Under the pieces are notes generated by a model. That model was not told the DNA's origin and did no database searches. It worked only from the letters and a program-made list of their open reading frames with translations. Positions 19,962 to 28,860 of a stretch of 64,000 nt of DNA are shown piece after piece. How positions within the stretch are numbered: the first letter of the stretch is position 1; each line of letters begins with the position of its first letter. This DNA is from Longimicrobium sp. GTDB taxonomy: Bacteria > Gemmatimonadota > Gemmatimonadetes > Longimicrobiales > Longimicrobiaceae. The DNA lies in assembly GCA_036389795.1 (NCBI GenBank), contig DASVWD010000057.1, positions 22,681 to 86,680 of the forward strand, in the 5' to 3' direction. The translations under genes and the position numbers were made by a program.

Positions 19962-20840
19962 TCAATCCGCTGCGCGCTCCCGCCCGGCGTCCGCGCGCCC
20001 GGCGTCGGGCTCCTCGTCGCCCGAGGGCCAGTAGTAGCGCCGCATCTGCGCGGCGACGCCGTCGAGGTCGGGGAAGAGCTTGCGCTCGTCGATGGCGCAG
20101 AGGTCGAGCTGGTCGCGCACGTAGTTCACGCGGCCCGCCGGGATGATGTAGCGGGTGAGCGCGTCCACCAGCCCCTCCTGCCGCAGGATCTCGTCGAACG
20201 CGTGCGTCTTGTCGGTCGAGAAGGTGAAGGTGGCGGCCTGCGCGATGATGCGGTCGTCCAGCGCCGGCGGGTCGAGCATGCAGACGAAGCGGGCCGCGCG
20301 CGGCACCTCGTCGCCCAGGAGCTGGCGCAGGTCGCGGATGCCGCGCTCGCGGAGCATGGCGTCCAGGTCTTCCACCAGGAACGCCAGCGGCGGCAGGCCG
20401 AAGTGCTCGTGCACCTTCCGCCAGTTGAGCCGCCACACCACCCGGTCGCCCTCGCACTCGCCGCCCAGCGTGGCGAAGTGCGCGGCGATGAGCGGCGAGT
20501 AGCTCCAGTCCAGCAGCCGCGTGGGCAGCCCGTGGTGCTGCGCGGTCACCAGCAGCTCCCACTCGTTGGCGGGCTGGTGCTCCAGGAACGGGCGCGAGTA
20601 GCGGATGAAGTTGCGGAGGATGTGCTCCTCCAGGTGGCGCTTGCTGTGTGGCGGACGGGTCCCCCCCAGCCGGTCCAGGCTGGTGAGCAGCGGATAGCGC
20701 GCGTCGCCGGCGCCGCGGTACACCGAGGTGTCGCGGATGCGCCCGCTCACCGGGTCGTGCTCGTCGGGCGTCACCCGGTCCAGCAGCTCGCCCAGGCTCT
20801 CGATGCGGACTTCCTCGATGTCGTCGAAACGCGTCTCCAT
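19962..20840 (-). CDS. FRG-domain protein
   Basis: Start at the internal ATG (METRFDDIEEV). Motifs VYRGAGDARYPLLTSLDR and QHHGLPTRLLDWSYSPLIAAHFA are the FRG signature as I remember it. Confidence 0.75.
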   Translation of the reverse strand: METRFDDIEEVRIESLGELLDRVTPDEHDPVSGRIRDTSVYRGAGDARYPLLTSLDRLGGTRPPHSKRHLEEHILRNFIRYSRPFLEHQPANEWELLVTAQHHGLPTRLLDWSYSPLIAAHFATLGGECEGDRVVWRLNWRKVHEHFGLPPLAFLVEDLDAMLRERGIRDLRQLLGDEVPRAARFVCMLDPPALDDRIIAQAATFTFSTDKTHAFDEILRQEGLVDALTRYIIPAGRVNYVRDQLDLCAIDERKLFPDLDGVAAQMRRYYWPSGDEEPDAGRADAGRERAAD

Positions 20841-21074
20841 GCGCCCATCCGCGGCCGGTCCACGGCGCGGAGGATGGAAGAAGCGTTCCGGACGCTCCAG
20901 GTAGAGTACAGGAGAGAAGGTGCTCGATCCCGCCTGCTTCCAGGAAGATGCAAATCCTTTCACGGCGTGGAAGAAAATCTTCCACGCGATGGAAGGTGTC
21001 GGTCGGGCTAGAGATTGGTGACGGAGAACGCCGTGATTTTACCGGTTAAAATCACAGGCGGGCGGTATCCAGGA

Positions 21075-21302
21075 TCATGCGGCATCCCGATGAGCGCGGA
21101 TGACCGCAGCCATCGCCCGGAGGGCACGGTTCACCGACTCCGCGTCGGGGAATACATCGGCCACTTCGGGGTCGATCGGCACCAGGTTCACCCCTTCGGC
21201 GTAGCGGGCGGCGAACCTGCCCCGCACTCCGGCCCGAAGCTCCTCGGCGGTGAAGCCGTACTCCTCCCGCAGATCGTCCTCAGAGATCGATGCTTTGCTC
21301 AT
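21075..21302 (-). CDS. brnA: BrnA-like antitoxin
   Basis: 75 aa. Sequence EYGFT..ELRAGVRGRFAARYAEGVNLVPIDPEVADVFPDAESVNRALRAM. Overlaps brnT by 23 nt. Confidence 0.75.
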   Translation of the reverse strand: MSKASISEDDLREEYGFTAEELRAGVRGRFAARYAEGVNLVPIDPEVADVFPDAESVNRALRAMAAVIRAHRDAA

Positions 21303-21567
21303 AGCTCCTCCTCTCGCGCGGCGTCATCAGTCTCGCGCTGATCAAGCGTACCGTATCACCACGGTATGTCAAGCTGACGATCAAGAACCGGCCCGCAGAG
21401 GACCGGCCGAAAAGCAGGAGACGCTCCTCGGTCTCCGAGTGATCCGGATCGGGCCGGTCGGTCGAGAGCGGATCGCCCAAAACCGTAGCGGCTTCTCCGA
21501 ACGATACGCCGTGCTTCCGCAGGTTCTGCTCTGCTTTCTCCGAATCCCACTCGACGCGTAGTCCCAT
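21280..21567 (-). CDS. brnT: BrnT (DUF497) toxin
   Basis: Sequence VEWDSEKAEQNLRKHGVSFGEAATVLGDP...DPDHSETEERLLLFG...RLISARLMTPRERRSY. Confidence 0.88.
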   Translation of the reverse strand: MGLRVEWDSEKAEQNLRKHGVSFGEAATVLGDPLSTDRPDPDHSETEERLLLFGRSSAGRFLIVSLTYRGDTVRLISARLMTPRERRSYEQSIDL

Positions 21568-21732
21568 TTCGCCAATGTGAAAGCGGATCCATCTCCAAGC
21601 AAGAACAGCCCCACAAACCAGTTCGTTCAGTCAGCGCTCAGAAAAGAAAAGCCGGGAGCATCACACACTCAAAACCGACGTGTGATGATCCCGGACTCTG
21701 CTCGCCGCGCCGCCTCCTGCCGCTGGATGAGG

Positions 21733-22479
21733 CTACGCGGGAACGACGAAGGGTGTCGAATCGCGGATGCCGAGCACGCCCATCTGCCGCGCGGAGGAGC
21801 CGCCGCGGTGCGAGAAGAAGTCCGGCGGACCGCAGCGCGTGCAGTGCGCGGAGACGCTCACCTGCGCGGCGGACAGGCCCAGCGCCAGCGCGCGCTCCAC
21901 GACGGCCGCGCGCAGGTCGATCGGCGTCTTCGACGGCGGGGGCTCGCGGTCGGGGTGGACGGCGGCGTGGACCTCGGGGCCGACCTCGTAGCACCGGCCG
22001 CAGATCGCGGGGCCGCAGTGCAGCCACAGGCGCTCCGGGGCCGACTGCCAGCTCTCCGCCACGCGGTTGACCCCGCGCTCCACGATCCCCGCCGCCACGC
22101 CGCGCCACCCCGCGTGCAGCAGCGCGACGACGGTGTGGTCGGGGTCGACCACGGAGACGGGGATGCAGTCCGCCACGCTGACGGCGAGCAGGACGCCGGG
22201 GCGGTCGGTGACGTGCCCGTCGAAGCCGTCCATCACCACGATCCCGGGCGCGCCGCGCTCGCGGTGGATCCACAGGTCGGCCGCGTGCACCTGCCGGGCG
22301 TGGGCCGCCACCTCCATCCCCGTCGCGGCGAGGAGGCTACGCCAGCGGCCGAGGACCTTCCCCACCGGCTGGGCGCCCGAGAGCCCCAGGTCGAACTCCC
22401 CGTCCTCCCCGCGCCCGGTGGTCCCCTGCACCAGCCAGGGGAAGCGCTCCTCCCACTCCGGGTGCACCCAGAGCGGCAC
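21733..22479 (-). CDS. pgeF: Peptidoglycan editing factor PgeF/YfiH (DUF152 laccase-domain protein)
   Basis: Motifs VSVADCIPV, LHAGWRG, CGRCYEVG and FFSHRG. GTG start. Confidence 0.9.
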   Translation of the reverse strand: MPLWVHPEWEERFPWLVQGTTGRGEDGEFDLGLSGAQPVGKVLGRWRSLLAATGMEVAAHARQVHAADLWIHRERGAPGIVVMDGFDGHVTDRPGVLLAVSVADCIPVSVVDPDHTVVALLHAGWRGVAAGIVERGVNRVAESWQSAPERLWLHCGPAICGRCYEVGPEVHAAVHPDREPPPSKTPIDLRAAVVERALALGLSAAQVSVSAHCTRCGPPDFFSHRGGSSARQMGVLGIRDSTPFVVPA

Positions 22480-22538
22480 GTCCCCCGCCGGCGGCCGCTC
22501 CGCGACCTCGCGGAACTCCGACGCGTCGGCGGCCGTGC

Positions 22539-22925
22539 TCAGACGCCCTCCGTTCCGGCCGCCGGCCCGCCGCCGCCGAAGACCCCCGGCGAGCCGACGT
22601 CGCCCGGCAGCACCTTCGGGCCCGCGGTGCCGCCCGCCAGCTCGTCCAGGCGGCGGCGCAGCTCCTCGACCTCGGCGCGGAGCGCGTCGAACTCCCGGCG
22701 GGGGACCACGTCCACGCGGTCGCGCACCTCCTCGAACGCCGCGGTCATGCGGTCCACGGCGGTGTTCACCACGTCGCGCGCCCGCTCGGGGCGCGCGTCG
22801 CTGCGGCTCATCGCCTCCTGGATCGTCTCCTCGATCGCCTCGCGGAACGCCGCCAGGATCCCGATCCCCGACCGGATCCCCTCGCCGATGCTCGGCGGCC
22901 GCGCCCGCGGCTGCTCTTCGGACAT
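22539..22925 (-). CDS. Coiled-coil protein, UbiK/BMFP-like or phasin-like
   Basis: Internal ATG (MSEEQPRARPP). Sequence ...VDVVPRREFDALRAEVEELRRRLDEL. The functional call is weak. Confidence 0.55.
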   Translation of the reverse strand: MSEEQPRARPPSIGEGIRSGIGILAAFREAIEETIQEAMSRSDARPERARDVVNTAVDRMTAAFEEVRDRVDVVPRREFDALRAEVEELRRRLDELAGGTAGPKVLPGDVGSPGVFGGGGPAAGTEGV

Positions 22926-23112
22926 GGATGTCGTATCTCCGCGTATCTCCGAATCACCCGACACCGCAGGGGCGAGGCCTGCCTCGCCCCTGCGGAGGCC
23001 GGCCCCTGCGCTGGAGGCGAAGCCTCGCGCCGACGCCGGCTCTGCTCGGACTCGCGGGCCCGCCCCTGCGGGCTGCAAACGGTTCGCGAGGTGAATGCGG
23101 ACCCCGCCGCGT

Positions 23113-24417
23113 CTACCCGCGCGAGTCCAGCCTCTCGATCTCGGCGCCCAGCGCGCGCAGGCGCTCGTCGATGCGCTCGTAGCCGCGCTCGATCTGGCCC
23201 ACGTTGTAGATCTCGCTCTGCCCCTCGGCCCCCAGCGCGGCGATCAGCAGCGCCATCCCGGCGCGGATGTCGGGGCTCTCCACGATCCCGCCGCGCAGCC
23301 GCGAGGGGCCGATCACCAGCACGCGGTGCGGGTCGCAGAGCACCAGGCGCGCCCCCATCGCCACCAGCTTGTCGGCGAAGAACATCCGCGACTCGAACAT
23401 CTTCTCGTGGATCAGGATCGTGCCCTGGCACTGCGTGGCAGTCACCAGCGCGATCGAGGTGAGGTCGGCCGGGAAGGCGGGCCAGGGGCCGTCGTCGACC
23501 TTGGGGATGTGCCCGCCCAGGTCGGCGTGGATCTGCATCTCCTGGTCGCCGGGGATGAAGAGGTCCTGCCCGCGCACCTCGACGCGCACCCCCAGCCGCT
23601 CGAAGCCGATCAGCGTGGAGTCCAGGTGCTCGGGAGCGGCGTCCTCGATGGTGATCTCGCCGCGGGTGACGGCCGCCAGCCCGATGAACGAGCCCACCTC
23701 GATGTGGTCGGAGGTGATGCGGAAGCGCTCGCCGCGCAGCTTCTCGCGCCCCTCGATCACCAGCGTCCCCGTGCCGATCCCGTCGATCGGGCACCCCATC
23801 CCCACCAGCATCCGGCAGAGGTCCTGCACGTGCGGCTCGGCGGCCGCGTTGCGGATCACCGTGGTCCCGCGCGCCAGCGCCGCCGCCATCACCGCGTTCT
23901 CGGTGGCGGTCACGCTGGGCTCGTCCAGGAACATGTTGGCGCCGGTGAGCCCGTCGCCCTTGATGCGGAAGCCGTTCGCGTCGTGCTCGAAGCGGGCGCC
24001 CAGCTTCTGGAAGGCCAGGAAGTGCGTGTCCACCCGCCGCCGCCCGATCACGTCGCCGCCCGGCGGGGGGAGCTCCATCCCCCCGGCGCGCCCCAGCATC
24101 GGCCCGGCCAGCAGGATGGAGGCGCGGATGCGGGCCGCGTGCGCGGCGTCGAGCTGCCGGTGCCCCACCTCCTTCGCGTGCACCCGCACCACGTGCCCCT
24201 TCCCACCCCGCCCGTCCTCGAAGTCGGCCTCGGCCCCCAGCGCCTGCAGGAGGTCCAGCAGGGTGTAGACGTCCTTGATGCGGGGGACGTTCTCGAGGAA
24301 GACCTCCTCGTCGGTCAGCAGCGTGGCGGCCAGCATGGGCAGGGCCGCGTTCTTGTTCCCGGCGGGGCGGATGCGCCCCTCGAGGCGCTTTCCGCCCGTG
24401 ACGGCGAACGTGGGCAA
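23113..24417 (-). CDS. murA: UDP-N-acetylglucosamine 1-carboxyvinyltransferase
   Basis: Sequence GNKNAALPMLAATLL...; full-length MurA pattern. Start proposed at TTG 24417 (GGAGA 6 nt upstream); the track ORF extends to 24510. Confidence 0.93.
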   Translation of the reverse strand: MPTFAVTGGKRLEGRIRPAGNKNAALPMLAATLLTDEEVFLENVPRIKDVYTLLDLLQALGAEADFEDGRGGKGHVVRVHAKEVGHRQLDAAHAARIRASILLAGPMLGRAGGMELPPPGGDVIGRRRVDTHFLAFQKLGARFEHDANGFRIKGDGLTGANMFLDEPSVTATENAVMAAALARGTTVIRNAAAEPHVQDLCRMLVGMGCPIDGIGTGTLVIEGREKLRGERFRITSDHIEVGSFIGLAAVTRGEITIEDAAPEHLDSTLIGFERLGVRVEVRGQDLFIPGDQEMQIHADLGGHIPKVDDGPWPAFPADLTSIALVTATQCQGTILIHEKMFESRMFFADKLVAMGARLVLCDPHRVLVIGPSRLRGGIVESPDIRAGMALLIAALGAEGQSEIYNVGQIERGYERIDERLRALGAEIERLDSRG

Positions 24418-24637
24418 CTCGGGTCTCCGGACTGGGAAGTAAAGACGCGCGGCCTCGCTGGTGGGGAGGCCGTGCGCCGGTTCTGGGAGGCGGCCGCGGG
24501 AGCGCAACATTCATGCGCGGCTCCGCCGGCCCGTCCCGCGCCGGCGCAGCGGGGCGTGCAACCTGGCAGGCCGCGGGGCCGCCGTCAAACGCGCCCCGCG
24601 CCGGCCGCGGCGAACGCAGGCGACGCCTTGCCTTTGC

Positions 24638-24667
24638 TTGACATGTTTTCCGGGGCGGGCGTACCTT
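24638..24667 (+). promoter_or_regulatory. Candidate sigma-70-type promoter (TTGACA-N18-TACCTT) for the P-II-like operon
   Basis: Lies in the 330-nt divergent spacer, about 80 nt upstream of GTG 24747. Confidence 0.4.
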
Positions 24668-24746
24668 GCGCCCCGCGCCCCGTCCACCCCCGGGACGGGC
24701 CGGCCCCGAGGCCCTTCCGCGGCCTCCTTCGCCCGAGGCGCCCCCA

Positions 24747-25094
24747 GTGCAGCTCCTGATCGCCGTCATCAACCAGGAAGAGAAGCTGGAGGAGGTGCTG
24801 GCCGGCTTCCTGGAGCTGGGCGTCACCGGCGCCACGGTGGTCGCCAGCGAGGGGATGGGCCGCCTCCTGCGCGACGAGGTGCCGATCTTCGCCGCGCTCG
24901 AGGCGATCGGCGGAGACCGGAGCCGGCCGCGCAACCAGACGCTCTTCAGCGTGATCGACGACGACGAGAAGGTGGAGCGGGCGGTGGCGCTCCTCACCGA
25001 GGTCTGCGACTTCGGCCGCCCCGGGCGGGGGATCGTCTTCACCGTCCCCGTGAACCGCGCCGTGGGCCTCTCGCGCGAGATCGGGGACGGGTGA
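24747..25094 (+). CDS. P-II-like (GlnB/DarA-fold) small signalling protein
   Basis: GTG start. Sequence MQLLIAVINQEEKLEEVLAGFLELGVTGATVVASEGMG... has a beta-alpha-beta pattern like the P-II family. 115 aa. Confidence 0.6.
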   Translation: MQLLIAVINQEEKLEEVLAGFLELGVTGATVVASEGMGRLLRDEVPIFAALEAIGGDRSRPRNQTLFSVIDDDEKVERAVALLTEVCDFGRPGRGIVFTVPVNRAVGLSREIGDG

Positions 25095-25963
25095 GCGGGG
25101 AGTGGAGCGCGCGGCTCCGGCTGCGCGTCGAGCAGTTCGCCCCCGCGCTGGGCGACGTCGAGGCCAACCTCGCCCGCGTCGCCGCCGCGCAGGCCGACGC
25201 CGGGCGCGACGGCGTGGGCCTGCTCGTCACTCCCGAGCTGTCGCTGACCGGCTACGACGTGCGCGACCGGGTGCACGCGCTGGCGGTCCCCGAGGCGCCG
25301 CGCCCCTTCCCCGCCCTGGCGGAGGGGCCCGACGTCGTGGTCGGGGCGATCGAGCAGGACGCGGCGTTCGTCCCGTACAACGCGGCGCTGCACCTGCGCG
25401 GCGGGGGCGTGCTGCACCGGCACCGCAAGGTCTATCTCCCGACGTACGGGATGTTCGACGAGGGGCGGTACTTCGGGCGCGGCGGCCGGGCGCGGGCCTA
25501 CCCCGCGGGGGGCGGCTGGACCGTGGGGCTCCTGGTCTGCGAGGACCTCTGGCACCCCGCGCTCGCCTACCTGCTGGCCGCCGCGGGGGCGCACCTGATC
25601 GTCGTGCAGGCCGCCGCGGCGGGGCGCGGGGCGCTGGCGGGCGGGGAGACGGGCGGGCGCTTCGCCTCGTGGGGCTCGTGGGAGCACCTGGCGCGGGCCG
25701 CGGCGGCCGCGTACGGCGTCTACGTCGCCCTCGCCAACCGCGTGGGCGTGGAGGGCCCCTGCGTCTTCGCCGGCGGCTCGCTGATCGTCGCCCCCGGCGG
25801 CGCCGTGCTGGCGCGGGGCGACGACCTGGCCGAGGACCGGCCCACGGCGGACCTCTCGCTCGACACCGTCGCCGCCGCCCGCCGCCCGTACTCGCACGCG
25901 CGCGACGACGACCCGCGGCTGGTGCTGCGCGAGCTGGAGCGCCTGGTGGCGGAGGGCGCGTGA
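25091..25963 (+). CDS. Carbon-nitrogen hydrolase (nitrilase superfamily; NadE glutaminase-domain-like)
   Basis: GTG start overlaps the previous stop (GTGA). Motifs LLVTPELSLTGY, HRKVYLPTYGMFDE and GLLVCEDLWHP (E-K-C triad context). Confidence 0.85.
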   Translation: MSGEWSARLRLRVEQFAPALGDVEANLARVAAAQADAGRDGVGLLVTPELSLTGYDVRDRVHALAVPEAPRPFPALAEGPDVVVGAIEQDAAFVPYNAALHLRGGGVLHRHRKVYLPTYGMFDEGRYFGRGGRARAYPAGGGWTVGLLVCEDLWHPALAYLLAAAGAHLIVVQAAAAGRGALAGGETGGRFASWGSWEHLARAAAAAYGVYVALANRVGVEGPCVFAGGSLIVAPGGAVLARGDDLAEDRPTADLSLDTVAAARRPYSHARDDDPRLVLRELERLVAEGA

Positions 25964-26607
25964 GCGGCGCCGACCAGGCCCGGGAGACGCGGATCGCCGA
26001 GGTGGTCGGCGCCGTCGCCCGGCAGGCGCTGGCGGACCGGGGCGCGGCGCGGATCGCCCTGCTGGACGACGGGAGCCCCGAAGCCGGGCTCGCCGCGCGG
26101 CTGCTGGAGGGCGCGCTCGGCGCGGGCGCCGTCGCGCGCGTCGCCGTTCCGTCCGAGGACGTGGAACCCGTCTTGCACGCGCTGGGCGCGGTTTCCCCGC
26201 CCCGCGTGGAAGAGGAGCTGCGGCGGATGCGGGCGCGGCTGCTGGACGGCGCGCTCCCCGCGCACCCGGCGAACAAGACCGCGCTCCTCCTGGGCGGCGC
26301 CCTCCCCCCGGAGCCGCTCTTCCCGCTGGGCGACCTGTGGGCCGGCGAGGTGGCCGCGCTGGCCGGCGGGTGGTCCGCCCCGGAGCCGGTGCGGCGGATC
26401 GCCAAAGCCGCGGGCGGGGTCGAGGCGCTGGACGCGGCGCTCGCGCGGCTGGTGGACGGGCGCGACCCGGCGGCGCTGGACGCGCTCCCCGCGGCCGCGG
26501 CCGACGAAGTGCGCCGGGCGCTGGCGGCGGGGCGCGCCTCGCGCCTCTTCCCGCGGCTGGTGCCCAAGCTGGGGGCGCGGACGCTCGGCGTGGACCTGTT
26601 CGAATGA
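25960..26607 (+). CDS. NAD+ synthetase-like domain protein with a degenerate PP-loop
   Basis: GTGA overlap with the CN-hydrolase stop. Has ALLDDGSPEAGLAARL where NadE has SGGxDS. Retains NKT...PLGDLWAGEV. Confidence 0.6.
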   Translation: MSGADQARETRIAEVVGAVARQALADRGAARIALLDDGSPEAGLAARLLEGALGAGAVARVAVPSEDVEPVLHALGAVSPPRVEEELRRMRARLLDGALPAHPANKTALLLGGALPPEPLFPLGDLWAGEVAALAGGWSAPEPVRRIAKAAGGVEALDAALARLVDGRDPAALDALPAAAADEVRRALAAGRASRLFPRLVPKLGARTLGVDLFE

Positions 26608-26635
26608 CCGTCACCTCACCCGCGAGGATCGCCGC

Positions 26636-27289
26636 TTGATCTCGGCCCTTCCCGCCGCCGTCCGGCCCGGCCTGGCCGCCCTGCTCGCGCAGGCCCGGCA
26701 GGACACGGTCTTCGTCGTGCAGCAGAAGCCCGACTGGCAGACCTGGATCGAGGCGCTGGCGGCCGTCGCGACCATCGTGGTCGCCATCGGCCTGCTGACG
26801 GTCGGCGTCGGCGTGATCTTCGCGGCGCTCAAGCTCAGGCAGCTGACCAGGAAGGTCGAGGAGCAGGCGAAGAAGCTCAGGGTGGACCTGGCGCCCGCCA
26901 TCCAGAACGTGACGGCCGTCAGCGAGAACGTGAACCACCTGAGCCGGACCGTGCGCGCCGACGCCGACCGGCTGAGCGCCACGGTGGCCTCGGCCAACGA
27001 CGCGCTCCGCCGCGCCGCCGTCGAGGCCGAGCGGCGGGTGGGCGAGTTCAACGCGCTGATCGGCGTGGTGCAGGAGGAGGCCGAAGACCTCTTCATCGGC
27101 GGCGCCGCGGCGGTGCGCGGGCTCAAGGCCGGCGCGGAGGCGTTCCGCCGCTACCAGGCCGGCGAGCTCCCCCCGGGCGAGGAGTACGAGGAGGACCTCG
27201 GGGAGGAGGACGAGTTCGAGGAAGACGACGAGGACGCGGACGAGCTGGAGATCCGCGTCACGCGCCGCGACGGAGGGCGCGACGACTGA
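26636..27289 (+). CDS. DUF948-like membrane-anchored coiled-coil protein with an acidic tail
   Basis: One TM segment (ALAAVATIVVAIGLLTVGVGVIFAAL), then a helical repeat region and an EEDEFEEDDEDADE tail. TTG start. Confidence 0.6.
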   Translation: MISALPAAVRPGLAALLAQARQDTVFVVQQKPDWQTWIEALAAVATIVVAIGLLTVGVGVIFAALKLRQLTRKVEEQAKKLRVDLAPAIQNVTAVSENVNHLSRTVRADADRLSATVASANDALRRAAVEAERRVGEFNALIGVVQEEAEDLFIGGAAAVRGLKAGAEAFRRYQAGELPPGEEYEEDLGEEDEFEEDDEDADELEIRVTRRDGGRDD

Positions 27290-27307
27290 CCGCGCGAAGC
27301 GCGAGAG

Positions 27308-27754
27308 ATGGAGCCACGCATGCCACGACAGGACACCACCGACTTCCTCACCGCCTTCGCCGTGGGCACGGCGCTGGGCATCGGCGCCACGCTGCTGCTG
27401 CGCCCCCAGCCCCGGTCGGCCAAGGAGCGGCTGCTGCGCGAGCTGAAGCCCCACCGCAAGAAGGTGAAGAAGAGCGCCGCCCGGGCGCGCGGCGAGCTGC
27501 GCGAGGCCGCCGGGGCGGGCGCCGACGTCACCGGCGAGGTGATCGAGGCGGGGCGCGAGCTGCTGGCCGAGTTCCGCGAGGAGGTGCGCCGCATCATGGA
27601 CGAGGCGCGCGAGGAGATGCGCGAGGCGAAGGAGCGCGAGCGGCAGGAGCGCGCGGGGCGGAGGAAGACGCGGGCCGCGGCCGGGCGCGAGGACGGCGAG
27701 AAGGCGGGCAACGGCCGGTCCGGGACGCGGGCGAAGGAGCGCGGCGGGCAGTGA
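27308..27754 (+). CDS. YtxH-like protein
   Basis: N-terminal hydrophobic helix FLTAFAVGTALGIGATLLL, then a charged helical region. Confidence 0.6.
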   Translation: MEPRMPRQDTTDFLTAFAVGTALGIGATLLLRPQPRSAKERLLRELKPHRKKVKKSAARARGELREAAGAGADVTGEVIEAGRELLAEFREEVRRIMDEAREEMREAKERERQERAGRRKTRAAAGREDGEKAGNGRSGTRAKERGGQ

Positions 27755-28674
27755 CGCGGGTGCTGCTGGGGCTGGCGCTGGCGCTGCTGGCGGTGGCGCT
27801 CCTCCCGGACCCGGCGTGGGCCTGGGGTCCGGGGACGCACGCGTACCTGAGCTCGCAGGTGCTCCAGTCGCTGCACCTCCTCCCCGAGGCGGTGCGCGCG
27901 GTGCTGGCCGCGCACCCGTTCGACTACATCTACGGCTCGCTGGCGGCCGACATCTCCCTGGCCAAGAAGTACGTCCCCGAGGGCCGCCACTGCCACCACT
28001 GGCACATCGGCGAGGAGATCCACGCGGCGGCCGACTCGCGGCGGCTGCAGGCCGTGGGGCTGGGCTACCTCAGCCACCTGGCCGCCGACACCATCGCGCA
28101 CAACTTCTTCGTCCCCCGCCAGCTCCTGCTCACCTCGTCCACCAAGGGGCTCGGGCACTCGTACTGGGAGGCCCGCATGGACATGGCGGTGGGCGAAGAG
28201 TACATGCGGCTCGCCCGCCGCGCCGTCACCGACCACGACCACTCGCAGGCCGACGCGCTCTTCGACCGGGTGCTCTCGGCCACGCTTTTCTCGTTCCGCA
28301 CCAATCGGCGGATATTCCGGGGGATGATCCGCTTCCAGGACAACGAGCGCTGGCACTCCATCTTCGGGACCATCGTCACCCGCTCGCGCTGGGAGCTGGA
28401 GGACGGCGCGGTCGAGACGTACGCGGTGCGCTCGTTCGACTACATCGTCGACTACCTCATCCGCCGCGGCGAGGGCATCGCGGCCGCGCTGGACCCGATC
28501 GGCGAGCGCAACCTGGACCTCTCCAAGAAGGTGCGCCGCATGGCCCTGCGCGACGGCGCCTCCGAGCGCCCCGAGCTCCTGGCCGAGATGGCCGACGAGT
28601 TCTTCCCCCTCCCCGACGTCCCCTTCGGCTACCTGAACCTCCAGCAGAGCGGCAACGGCAAGGGCGCCGCCTGA
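27751..28674 (+). CDS. Zinc-dependent phospholipase C-family protein (secreted)
   Basis: Signal peptide ...PDPAWA. Motifs WGPGTH and SHLAADTIAHN. GTGA overlap with the ytxH-like stop. Confidence 0.75.
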   Translation: MTRVLLGLALALLAVALLPDPAWAWGPGTHAYLSSQVLQSLHLLPEAVRAVLAAHPFDYIYGSLAADISLAKKYVPEGRHCHHWHIGEEIHAAADSRRLQAVGLGYLSHLAADTIAHNFFVPRQLLLTSSTKGLGHSYWEARMDMAVGEEYMRLARRAVTDHDHSQADALFDRVLSATLFSFRTNRRIFRGMIRFQDNERWHSIFGTIVTRSRWELEDGAVETYAVRSFDYIVDYLIRRGEGIAAALDPIGERNLDLSKKVRRMALRDGASERPELLAEMADEFFPLPDVPFGYLNLQQSGNGKGAA

Positions 28675-28860
28675 ATCCGCCCCGCACCAACCTTAGCTGT
28701 CACGATGCGTCCACAAATTGGACACTTCTTGACTCCCGGGCGCCGCGCGCTTATTCTGGGCCTTCGCACGCCGCTCACCTTCTACCTGGACCGAGAATTG
28801 ACACCCATCGCCGCCGCGGAGAGCTTTCGGGGAGACCCCGGCCCCAACCAGGAGCGCGAC

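Noticed and set aside
18345-21733. Mobile-element boundaries (integrase, transposase, att-like direct repeats) for the TA/FRG island
   Set aside because: None was found by reading both strands. The island call rests only on gene content and a local GC dip.
22808-27454. 1548-aa ORF on the minus strand, the longest in the track
   Set aside because: It runs across murA and five plus-strand genes with clear homology. Its composition is Arg/Pro/Ala/Gly-rich with no recognisable domain. It is a GC-driven open frame.
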